This document shows, in pieces, positions 44,611-51,213 of a stretch of DNA of 53,374 bases (its first letter is position 1; each line of letters starts with the position of its first letter). This stretch comes from a virus (Duplodnaviria; Caudoviricetes). The position numbers were made by a program, and so were the translations under genes. The notes beneath the pieces are model-generated. The model did no database searches. It had not been told where the DNA came from and worked only from the letters and a program-made list of their open reading frames with translations. The stretch is from positions 1 to 53,374 of the IMG/VR virus record IMGVR_UViG_3300042890_003727; one strand, given 5' to 3'.

Positions 44611-45000
44611 ATGCCTAAACTCCTGATAAAAACACAAATTTATGAAAACTACGGTTATCGCTGGAAAGCCAAAGGTGATTCTGATTATGTAATTAAGAAT
44701 TTTGATTTTAGCGCCAATGAAACTAATTTAATTGTAAGTAAGATTCGTTCAAGGATTGAATACAGCAATGATTCTTTTATTGAAAAGATTATTGACTGGA
44801 AAATAGTTCCTGATGAGTATCTTACTGAGTTTGAACAAAGTCAGTTGGATTATGAAGGCTTTATTAAATATAGTCCTGTGGAGTTGTTCCTTGATAATTT
44901 AGGGTATTTCACAGAAGATTGGGAACCTTCAGATGAATGGTTCAGGGAGCAAGCTGGATACAATAACCCTAAAAATCACTCAGGTATTGTTTTTCCTTAA
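44611..45000 (+). CDS. hypothetical protein
   Basis: TQ..ENY..WK.KG..Y; TEFE.SQL.YEG.I.Y. Confidence 0.7.
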   Translation: MPKLLIKTQIYENYGYRWKAKGDSDYVIKNFDFSANETNLIVSKIRSRIEYSNDSFIEKIIDWKIVPDEYLTEFEQSQLDYEGFIKYSPVELFLDNLGYFTEDWEPSDEWFREQAGYNNPKNHSGIVFP

Positions 45001-45015
45001 AAATCCTGCTACAAT
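44978..45015 (+). promoter_or_regulatory. early-type promoter
   Basis: ACTCAGGT, TTGTTT-17-TACAAT with TGc. Confidence 0.65.
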
Positions 45016-45042
45016 GACTGCTCATCAACACAGAAGGTCTTC

Positions 45043-45246
45043 ATGATAAAATACTACAGTGAAAAAGTTCGCAAGGTAAAGGAAGGTAGCATCATTACAA
45101 TCCAAATCTTGAAGAATGAAGAGTGGGTTAAGTACTGGTCAACTGATGAAAGGAGCAATGATTATGCTTATTCAGAATCTACCAAAGTAGCAAGTAACTT
45201 GATATCAACAATGAGTTCCGTTAATTCAGCTAATAAACAAAACTAA
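45043..45246 (+). CDS. hypothetical protein
   Basis: ORF track, follows promoter. Confidence 0.6.
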   Translation: MIKYYSEKVRKVKEGSIITIQILKNEEWVKYWSTDERSNDYAYSESTKVASNLISTMSSVNSANKQN

Positions 45247-45258
45247 GATTGGTTTATA

Positions 45259-45711
45259 ATGAAAATTAAAGTTAACCTAATTGATCCTATCTCTGCAGGT
45301 AAATTCTCTGAAGAAGAGAACAGGGATTGCTCTGTACGTGCATTGGCAAATGCTGCTGATATTGATTATGATGAAGCTCATGATTTACTTGCTTATCATG
45401 GAAGACCTGATAAAAGAGGTGTTGATCATAAAACACTTATGAGTGCTTATAGAGATGCAGGGTTTACTAAGATTAAAACTTTTGGTACTACCAAGATGGC
45501 TTGGCATTTTAACTTTAATTACAAAGATATTATTGAATCAAAAGAAAAAGGTATTACGCTGGATAACTTCTGCAAGAAATACAACAAAGGAAGATTTATT
45601 GTTGTATACGCTGGGCATGCTCTTGCTGTTGTCAATGGTAGCATAATTGACAAATTTTCAAATCTTGCCAACAAGCGCGTGACTGTAGCTTTTGCTAAAA
45701 GTTGGAAATAA
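45259..45711 (+). CDS. hypothetical protein, possible Cys-His-Asp (papain-like) fold
   Basis: DCSVRALA...GHA..V.NG..ID. Confidence 0.55.
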   Translation: MKIKVNLIDPISAGKFSEEENRDCSVRALANAADIDYDEAHDLLAYHGRPDKRGVDHKTLMSAYRDAGFTKIKTFGTTKMAWHFNFNYKDIIESKEKGITLDNFCKKYNKGRFIVVYAGHALAVVNGSIIDKFSNLANKRVTVAFAKSWK

Positions 45712-45720
45712 CCCTTCGGT

Positions 45721-45760
45721 TTAGTCAACTACAGGCACAACGTAATTTTTCTGCTATAAT
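45721..45760 (+). promoter_or_regulatory. early-type promoter
   Basis: TTAGTCAACTA ... TGCTATAAT, then CTTCAACAAC leader. Confidence 0.65.
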
Positions 45761-45792
45761 TTAACCTTCAACAACTTCAAAGGAATTTAAAA

Positions 45793-46059
45793 ATGATTTA
45801 CTCCAAGTCCCTCGCTAGCATCATCGACAACAGCAATGGCAAAATGCTCACCGTTACGTTCATCAAGAAAGACGGTACTGAGCGAGTTCTAAACGGTCGT
45901 ATTGGTGTAACAAAGTACATCAAAGGTGCTGGCACTAAAAATAAACCAGATGAGTTCATCAGCATTTATGATGTTCAAGCAAAAGGATATCGAAGTGTAA
46001 ATCGCAGCACTATTGTTGCTGTTCGATCTGCAGGTATTGAAGCTTTTGCTGTGAGGTAA
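45793..46059 (+). CDS. SH3/Sm-like (WYL-like) small protein
   Basis: TVTFIKKDG.ER...YD....GYRS. Confidence 0.6.
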   Translation: MIYSKSLASIIDNSNGKMLTVTFIKKDGTERVLNGRIGVTKYIKGAGTKNKPDEFISIYDVQAKGYRSVNRSTIVAVRSAGIEAFAVR

Positions 46060-46065
46060 TAAAGC

Positions 46066-46287
46066 ATGAGTCGAAGCATTATTCAAATGGCGCTGGATGC
46101 TGGGTTTGAATCCAACTCCTTGGGAATGACTTACACAAGTGGGAGGCTTTCCGACTTGCTTGAATGCTTTGCTGCGCTTATCCGTGCAGATGAGCGATAT
46201 CAAGCTCAGGAGCGCGTGGTTGACTTGTTTGCAGATATGGAAGACCCTTATTTACCAGACATTGTTGCTGCGATTATGGGGAAATAA
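46066..46287 (+). CDS. hypothetical protein, distantly MNERI-like
   Basis: IIQMA.DAGF...LE.FAALI. Confidence 0.65.
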   Translation: MSRSIIQMALDAGFESNSLGMTYTSGRLSDLLECFAALIRADERYQAQERVVDLFADMEDPYLPDIVAAIMGK

Positions 46288-46301
46288 TGTCTGACTTTTT
46301 T

Positions 46302-46340
46302 ACTCAGGTTATTTTCCTTCTTTGTAATTTGTGCTACAAT
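46302..46340 (+). promoter_or_regulatory. early-type promoter
   Basis: ACTCAGGT ... TGCTACAAT, then AACAACAGGAG. Confidence 0.65.
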
Positions 46341-46367
46341 AAGTTTTCCAAACAACAGGAGTCACTG

Positions 46368-46721
46368 ATGCTAGAACTTCAAGAAATTTATATGCAAGCG
46401 GTTAATGCTGGTCTTAAAGCAGTATCTGAACTGGAAGTACAACCAATGGTAGTTATTGATGAAGATAGGAAATTTTCTTATTTTGTTTCAGATGGAGCAT
46501 GTGGATTTGCATGGATTCAGATTAAGCCAGCAAATAGCAAGTTTGTAAAATATTTGAAAGAGCAAGGTATTGGCAGGAAGTCAATATATGAAGCAGGTTA
46601 TAGAATCGGTGTATCTGAATTTAATCAAAGCTTGCAGAAGAAAGAAGCTTATGCTAATGCATTTGCTGAAGTACTTCAAAAGCACGGCATCAATGCTGTT
46701 TCTAACTCACGCATGGATTAA
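46368..46721 (+). CDS. hypothetical protein
   Basis: AGGAG RBS; CGFAW...QS...KEA.A.AFA.VL...GI.....SRMD. Confidence 0.75.
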   Translation: MLELQEIYMQAVNAGLKAVSELEVQPMVVIDEDRKFSYFVSDGACGFAWIQIKPANSKFVKYLKEQGIGRKSIYEAGYRIGVSEFNQSLQKKEAYANAFAEVLQKHGINAVSNSRMD

Positions 46722-46723
46722 TT

Positions 46724-46936
46724 ATGAATAAAATAATTCAAGAACTGATCCAGCAGTCAATGGTTGAATATCAATTTCAGAATCGTTTTAGTCCAGAGAA
46801 GTTTGCCGAATTAATTGTGCGTGAATGTGCTAGAATTGTCAGTAATACTAACTTGGAAGATGTTGATGGTGGAGATAGTGCTGTGCTAGGGGCCGCCCGA
46901 GAACAGATTTTAGAACATTTCGGAGTTGAAGAATGA
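46724..46936 (+). CDS. MNERI-family paralog 6
   Basis: MNKIIQELIQQS...KFAELIVRECA...EHFGVEE. Confidence 0.8.
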   Translation: MNKIIQELIQQSMVEYQFQNRFSPEKFAELIVRECARIVSNTNLEDVDGGDSAVLGAAREQILEHFGVEE

Positions 46937-47079
46937 AATTCAAATTTGAAATGAGCGATGCTTGGGACGACGACTACATCATCGTCATAGAAGCCAAAAC
47001 TGAGAAAGAAGCGTGGCACATTGCCACGATGATCGATGACGATGCGGTGCCAGATAAACTACTCGGAGTTGAAGAATGA
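46933..47079 (+). CDS. 48-aa cassette ORF (MKFKFEM...LLGVEE), not in ORF track
   Basis: Bounded by two exact junction repeats. Confidence 0.75.
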   Translation: MKFKFEMSDAWDDDYIIVIEAKTEKEAWHIATMIDDDAVPDKLLGVEE

Positions 47080-47282
47080 ACGAACGAATTCGAGAGCTTC
47101 TGTTACAGGCTACCACCCTTAACGGCCCATTCATAAGGTTTAAAGTTGACCAAGAGAAATTCGCCGAGTTGATTGTTAGGGAATGCGCTGGAGTATGTGA
47201 AGACTATCGTGGTACTGAGTGGGGTAAAGCTGCTGAGTGCATTGGTGACAGCATTAAAGAGCATTTTGGAGTTGAAGAATGA
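47076..47282 (+). CDS. MNERI-family paralog 7
   Basis: MNERIRELLLQA...KFAELIVRECA...EHFGVEE. Confidence 0.8.
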   Translation: MNERIRELLLQATTLNGPFIRFKVDQEKFAELIVRECAGVCEDYRGTEWGKAAECIGDSIKEHFGVEE

Positions 47283-47446
47283 AATTGATTTTATCATTAT
47301 TTACAACATACATTGTAGCATTCACAGTTACTTATGGGCATTCCTATCATCAAGTTGGTTCAGCACTTGCTGTACACAAAGCGATTGGAGCATTCATTTC
47401 ATCAATGTTCTGGCCTCTTTATTGGTCTGTTCAAGTATGGAAATAG
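47279..47446 (+). CDS. 55-aa membrane cassette ORF (MKLILSL...WPLYWSVQVWK)
   Basis: Starts at junction ATGA; stop overlaps next junction. Confidence 0.7.
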   Translation: MKLILSLFTTYIVAFTVTYGHSYHQVGSALAVHKAIGAFISSMFWPLYWSVQVWK

Positions 47447-47456
47447 GAGTTAAAAA

Positions 47457-47627
47457 ATGAACGATGAAATAAAATTGCCAGTTGAAGTACGGTTAGTGGT
47501 GAGAGATAGAGCTGTGGAACTAGATGATACTCACGAATTGCTAAATCATTTACAGGATATTGTAAATGAATGGTATTGGAAATATGTTCCTACTATCCCA
47601 TGCAGTGTAGTGTCTAAAGGTCGATGA
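47457..47627 (+). CDS. 56-aa cassette ORF (MNDEIKLP...)
   Basis: Starts in junction GGAGTTAAAAAATGA. Confidence 0.65.
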   Translation: MNDEIKLPVEVRLVVRDRAVELDDTHELLNHLQDIVNEWYWKYVPTIPCSVVSKGR

Positions 47628-47926
47628 TGAACGAACAAATCAAACTACTTGCTGAACAAGCTGGCTTTGTACTCTGGAAAGATGAGGATTATAATCCTGG
47701 GGATATTATTGATTGGAGTTCTCGTTACGATAATGAACTTCAAAAGTTCTCAGAATTACTTATAGCAAAATGCATTGAAATATGCAACAAGGTATCACAA
47801 GATGCTGATATTAAAACCAAGAATAAGTTCTTAACTGAAGCTGGTATTGTACTTCATGAAGGTATATGGGCAGGTGCTAAAGATTGCCAGTGCAGTATCA
47901 AAAATTATTTTGAAAGTGAGCAATAA
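47624..47926 (+). CDS. MNERI-family paralog 8 (divergent)
   Basis: MNEQIKLLAEQAG...KFSELLIAKC...IKNYFESEQ. Confidence 0.75.
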   Translation: MMNEQIKLLAEQAGFVLWKDEDYNPGDIIDWSSRYDNELQKFSELLIAKCIEICNKVSQDADIKTKNKFLTEAGIVLHEGIWAGAKDCQCSIKNYFESEQ

Positions 47927-48109
47927 ATGCTAAATCAAAAAGTAGATGGTGTACCTGTAATATTTGAGCATGAAATAACTGCTTTGTTTCGTGATGCTCC
48001 AGTTACTTACAATTATTACAGCGTTGAAAAAACAACAGAAGTATTAAAAAACCTAAAATCATTAGGTAAGAAATTCATTCATAAAGTTAGTATTTATAAC
48101 CTTCATTGA
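47927..48109 (+). CDS. hypothetical protein
   Basis: ORF track. Confidence 0.5.
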   Translation: MLNQKVDGVPVIFEHEITALFRDAPVTYNYYSVEKTTEVLKNLKSLGKKFIHKVSIYNLH

Positions 48110-48128
48110 TATCACTAAGGAGAATAGT

Positions 48129-48326
48129 ATGCAAATTGAGTTCGTAAAAGAAAATGCAGATGGTAGCGCAGTTTATACCTTTGACATGACACCAGAAGAG
48201 AAAAATAGCCTAGTGCTATATGGTATCAAATGCGCTTTAGAAAACGCAGCTAAAGAAGCTGAGACATGGAACCCTGAGAACTTGCCAGAAGATAGCGAAG
48301 AGATTCACGCTGGGTTGAGTGACTAA
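48129..48326 (+). CDS. hypothetical protein
   Basis: AAGGAG RBS; KENADGSA motif. Confidence 0.7.
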   Translation: MQIEFVKENADGSAVYTFDMTPEEKNSLVLYGIKCALENAAKEAETWNPENLPEDSEEIHAGLSD

Positions 48327-48349
48327 ACGATTAAGAATAAAGACCTTTG

Positions 48350-48393
48350 AGTCCCTGTGGGTATATCCTGCAGGGACTTTTTTGTTGTATACT
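48350..48393 (+). promoter_or_regulatory. terminator hairpin followed by -10 element
   Basis: AGTCCCTGTGGG-TATA-TCCTGCAGGGACT, T-run, TATACT, then CTTCAACAACAG. Confidence 0.6.
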
Positions 48394-48424
48394 TGAGGCT
48401 TCAACAACAGCATTAGGAGTTTTT

Positions 48425-48787
48425 ATGAAAGTTGCAGTTTACTTTAATCTTCGCAAGAAAACCTTCAGCGTTAAAGCACTGCAGGGTATTAACAAAGGTC
48501 GAGTGATTATTCATTCCGATGATGTTGTGATTGAAAATGCTGAGTTCAAGGTTTCACAAGCTGGTCGCAATCGGGTGCTGCAAGAAAAGCGCAAGAACGT
48601 GCATGCTTATGTAGTTGGTGAGTTGAAGTCAACCGTGCATCAGGCTTGTATTGCAGATGAAAAAATCACGTATAATCCATACCTGTACAGCACCTTTGTT
48701 ACAAGCTGCAACAAGACAGCAGTGCATAATGCAAAAGAAGTTTTTATGATTTGCAGGGATAAAAAAGCTGCAATTTTTGCGCGTTGA
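48425..48787 (+). CDS. conserved phage hypothetical protein
   Basis: VYFNL.K..FSV...FKVSQAGR.RVL.EKRKNVHA...YNPY. Confidence 0.75.
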   Translation: MKVAVYFNLRKKTFSVKALQGINKGRVIIHSDDVVIENAEFKVSQAGRNRVLQEKRKNVHAYVVGELKSTVHQACIADEKITYNPYLYSTFVTSCNKTAVHNAKEVFMICRDKKAAIFAR

Positions 48788-48806
48788 TATAAATACGTGA
48801 TACAAT
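48777..48806 (+). promoter_or_regulatory. early-type promoter
   Basis: TTGCGC-18-TACAAT with TGa, then CTTCAACAACAGGAG. Confidence 0.6.
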
Positions 48807-48830
48807 AAGTCTTCAACAACAGGAGTTCTC

Positions 48831-49136
48831 ATGAAAACATACAAGTTCTACGCTGACCCCGGACATGGCTGGCTTGCAGTCAAGATCAGTGAGTTGATGA
48901 ATCTTGGTATCATTACGCAGATCAGCACATACAGCTACATGAAAGGCAGCACAGCTTATCTTGAGGAAGACTGCGATGCAGCTTTGTTCTTCAATGCTTA
49001 CAAAGACAAGCATGGTAGTGAACCTAAGCATAACTACAGCCATGCAAACAAGCGCAGTCCTATTCGCAGCTACGACAGCTACAATAGGAACAAGGCAGTG
49101 GATTTTGCTCTCACGGAAATGAAACAAGGAGTTTAA
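48831..49136 (+). CDS. conserved phage hypothetical protein
   Basis: DPGHGWL.V...IS.YSY...YLEEDCDA..F...IRSY. Confidence 0.75.
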   Translation: MKTYKFYADPGHGWLAVKISELMNLGIITQISTYSYMKGSTAYLEEDCDAALFFNAYKDKHGSEPKHNYSHANKRSPIRSYDSYNRNKAVDFALTEMKQGV

Positions 49137-49138
49137 TC

Positions 49139-49570
49139 ATGGCACATGTATCTGAAGAAGTTATTGCTAAAGCTCGTACTGCTCTCAAAGTTCTGAATAA
49201 AGAATTTGGAGTAAAGTCCACCCTTAGTGGTAAAGGTGGCAGCACTTTGCATTTGACTATTGCAGAAGGTAGGATTGATTTTATTGCTAATTACTTGCAG
49301 AACATAAATGATAAACGCGCTCAGTATTATTATGATACTGATTGGATTATTGATTCAGTTACAAAAAAACAAAACATCGGCGTGAATCATTATCATCTTG
49401 ATAGTTTATTTTCTGGTATTGCATTGGAATATCTGGAGAAAGCTAAAGAGATCATGCATGCAGATCATTGGGATAAATCAGATATCATGACTGATTATTT
49501 TTACTGCGCTTATTACGTCAATATGAGTATTGGTCGCTGGAATAAACCCTACAGGTATTTGCTTGGTTGA
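49139..49570 (+). CDS. conserved phage hypothetical protein
   Basis: VN.YH; D.SD.MTDYF..AYY...IG.W.KPY. Confidence 0.75.
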   Translation: MAHVSEEVIAKARTALKVLNKEFGVKSTLSGKGGSTLHLTIAEGRIDFIANYLQNINDKRAQYYYDTDWIIDSVTKKQNIGVNHYHLDSLFSGIALEYLEKAKEIMHADHWDKSDIMTDYFYCAYYVNMSIGRWNKPYRYLLG

Positions 49571-49599
49571 TTAGAAATAAAATTAATTCAAAAATCCAT

Positions 49600-49640
49600 A
49601 GCCCCTTTCGGAATAAAAATCCGCGAGGGGTATTTTCATT
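49600..49640 (+). terminator. terminator-like hairpin ending the accessory arm
   Basis: GCCCCTTTCGGA...TCCGCGAGGGGT followed by ATTTTCATT; imperfect. Confidence 0.5.
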
Positions 49641-49641
49641 C

Positions 49642-49701
49642 AAAAAGCCGTTTGGGGTTTTAGCTCAAAAAGCCGCGATGCTCTTTATTTTTAAAAAGCC
49701 G
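49642..49701 (+). repeat. three AAAAAGCCG direct repeats (25-26 bp spacing)
   Basis: 49642, 49667, 49693; copies 1 and 3 extend to ..YTTGGGG. Confidence 0.85.
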
Positions 49702-49753
49702 CTTGGGGGTTCATGCAAATAAAATGACTTAGAATAGTCGGTTTTTCGGCCCA

Positions 49754-49790
49754 ACCTACCAGTAGGTAGGCTACCTATCAGTTGGTAGGT
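49754..49790. repeat. two tandem palindromes CCTAYC-N4-GGTAGG
   Basis: CCTACC-AGTA-GGTAGG 49755-49770; ACCTATC-AGTT-GGTAGGT 49773-49790. Confidence 0.85.
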
Positions 49791-49909
49791 GACTAGACCG
49801 TTCAGTCACAATCTGAACTGTTCAGTCAGAGACTAGACCGTTCAGTATAATTATGACCCTTCAGTCACAATTTGAACTCATCAGTCACAAAATAGACCGT
49901 TCAGTCAGA
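49791..49909 (+). repeat. six tandem ~20-bp repeats, core T(AG/GA)AC(C/T)GTTCAGTCA
   Basis: Units at 49791, 49811, 49831, 49851, 49870, 49890. Confidence 0.9.
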
Positions 49910-49916
49910 AAATAAG

Positions 49917-50045
49917 TTATGCACAGAATATTCACAGATTATGCACATATCCACAGGCAAGCAATTATCATGCCTGACTTATTCACAGGTTCTCAGTCTT
50001 ATATAAGACTAAAATTGTGCATAACCTTCACTGCAGTGTGAATAA
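49917..50045. promoter_or_regulatory. cluster of seven DnaA-box-like 9-mers
   Basis: TTATNCACA matches at 49917, 49939, 49979 (+) and 50016, 50037 (-); one-mismatch copies at 49928 and 49947. Confidence 0.8.
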
Positions 50046-50105
50046 CATTTTTATAGGGGATAGGCTTAGAACGCGAGAAAATGCCCCAAAATCGGTTTAA
50101 ATCAC

Positions 50106-50137
50106 TGGCATGATAATTGTCTGGCATGAATTTTGCT
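50106..50137 (+). promoter_or_regulatory. tandem sigma54 (-24/-12)-like sites
   Basis: TGGCATGATAATTGTC and TGGCATGAATTTTGCT; third copy AGGCATGATAATTGCT on the minus strand at 49960-49975. Confidence 0.6.
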
Positions 50138-50309
50138 CTTCGCGTGCGTGCGCATGCATTATTTATAATGAGTATAAATTGAAAACAAAGGTTTACATAG
50201 GGTTTGTCCCTATGCAAATAATTCAATTGTGGTAACGAAACAACACATTTACCGATAGAATAGACACCATGCACTGATCGAGGTGCTACCCCATAGGGTA
50301 AACCCTATA

Positions 50310-50324
50310 GCACCAAAGTGGTGC
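50310..50324. promoter_or_regulatory. NtrC-like palindrome
   Basis: GCACCAAAGTGGTGC versus consensus TGCACCA-N3-TGGTGCA. Confidence 0.5.
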
Positions 50325-50350
50325 GCGTTCGTTAAAAATTAATATAAGCT

Positions 50351-50410
50351 AAAATATCATATTATAACCATATATTAATTATGTGGTTATAGTAGGGTGA
50401 TTTTACCCGG
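50351..50410 (+). other. intergenic long hairpin element, copy 1
   Basis: TATAACCATAT/ATGTGGTTATA stem, then GGGTGATTTTACCC. Confidence 0.7.
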
Positions 50411-50430
50411 TTTTGATAATGAGATTCAAA

Positions 50431-50571
50431 ATGAAAATATGGTTCTACGCTCAAATTGACGAAAAGAATGCTAGGTTTTCAACTGCAATTAAAGCAATTA
50501 ATAAAATGCATGCATTAATTGAATTTAAGAATAAATATCCTCATGCAATTGAAATTCAAATTCAGGAATAA
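50431..50571 (+). CDS. small hypothetical protein (46 aa, not in ORF track)
   Basis: MKIWFYAQIDEKNARFSTAI... first ORF after the hairpin. Confidence 0.5.
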   Translation: MKIWFYAQIDEKNARFSTAIKAINKMHALIEFKNKYPHAIEIQIQE

Positions 50572-50575
50572 TCAA

Positions 50576-50740
50576 ATGACAAATGAAGAAATTAAACAAG
50601 CAATTGCACATTATCAGTTGGAGTATATAACTACAATCGCAATTGATAGTATGGATTATGATAAACTAAGTTTGATTATTGCACTTGCCACCGGAAGAGT
50701 GGCAACATCACAAAACATTTTAGAACTTGTATGTTTATAA
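50576..50740 (+). CDS. hypothetical protein
   Basis: AGGA RBS before MTNEEIK. Confidence 0.6.
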   Translation: MTNEEIKQAIAHYQLEYITTIAIDSMDYDKLSLIIALATGRVATSQNILELVCL

Positions 50741-50818
50741 TTTGATTGAGTTTTATAATGCTTAAACTAAATATCATTATGTGGTTTGTCATTATGCCGA
50801 TACTGGCATACTATAATT

Positions 50819-50879
50819 AAATCAACAGATTATAACCCTTGAATAATATCAGGGGTTATAGTCGGGTGATTTTACCCGG
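50819..50879 (+). other. intergenic long hairpin element, copy 2
   Basis: AAATCA..GATTATAACCCTTGA/TCAGGGGTTATAGTC..TGATTT, then GGGTGATTTTACCCGG. Confidence 0.75.
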
Positions 50880-50899
50880 AATTGATATAGGTTAATATC

Positions 50900-51130
50900 A
50901 TGGCAAAATTCGAGAAAATCAAAGGTGTTTATTCTTTCGATGATATCTCAGAGAACAGTAAACCCGGACAATGGTTTATTGATAATGGTAGCATAAGAGC
51001 ACAGTATTTAGGTAGGACAAAATCAGGAACTATTGTAATGAATTATAAAAAGTATATTGGCAAAATTGACTTTCCGCATATGCTTGCAAATCATCATTTA
51101 CGGCAGTTTGCCATTAAATATTCTAAGTAA
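50900..51130 (+). CDS. hypothetical protein
   Basis: AGGT RBS; KPGQW..R.QY.G. Confidence 0.65.
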   Translation: MAKFEKIKGVYSFDDISENSKPGQWFIDNGSIRAQYLGRTKSGTIVMNYKKYIGKIDFPHMLANHHLRQFAIKYSK

Positions 51131-51135
51131 TAATT

Positions 51136-51194
51136 AAAATCTTCGCATAATATCTTAGATTAACTCTAGGGTATTATGCGGCTGATTTTAGCCG
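51136..51194 (+). other. intergenic long hairpin element, copy 3
   Basis: CGCATAATATCTTAGA/TCTAGGGTATTATGCG, then GGCTGATTTTAGCC. Confidence 0.75.
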
Positions 51195-51213
51195 AATCAT
51201 TGAAAGTATAAAA

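Larger units (their letters stand above)
42043..47460 (+). repeat. about 16 copies of a 15-bp gene-junction repeat, consensus GGAGTT(G/A)AAGAATGA
   Basis: Exact GGAGTTGAAGAATGA at 42305, 42845, 46922, 47065, 47268; GGAGTTAAAGAATGA at 42508, 43304; GGAGTTGAAGAATAA at 42934, 44316; variants at 42043, 42711, 43091, 43545, 43770, 44187, 47446. Confidence 0.95.

Noticed and set aside
42043-47460. CRISPR array interpretation of the GGAGTTGAAGAATGA repeats
   Set aside because: Repeat is only 15 bp, spacing is irregular (about 90-420 bp), the intervening DNA is coding, and no cas genes are present.
40309-47926. Diversity-generating retroelement or classical integron
   Set aside because: No reverse transcriptase, no TR/VR pair differing only at adenines, no tyrosine integrase and no attC-like palindromes in the window.
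49719-49746. IscR-like site (AAAATGACT-TAGAAT-AGTCGGTTTT)
   Set aside because: Dyad is real, but GACT/AGTC spacing is 6 rather than the 5 I recall for IscR; single copy, so left unassigned.
49791-49909. Mini-CRISPR array
   Set aside because: Units are contiguous 20-mers with no unique spacers.
49999-50274. 91-aa minus-strand ORF
   Set aside because: No RBS, opposite to local gene orientation, overlaps the motif array.
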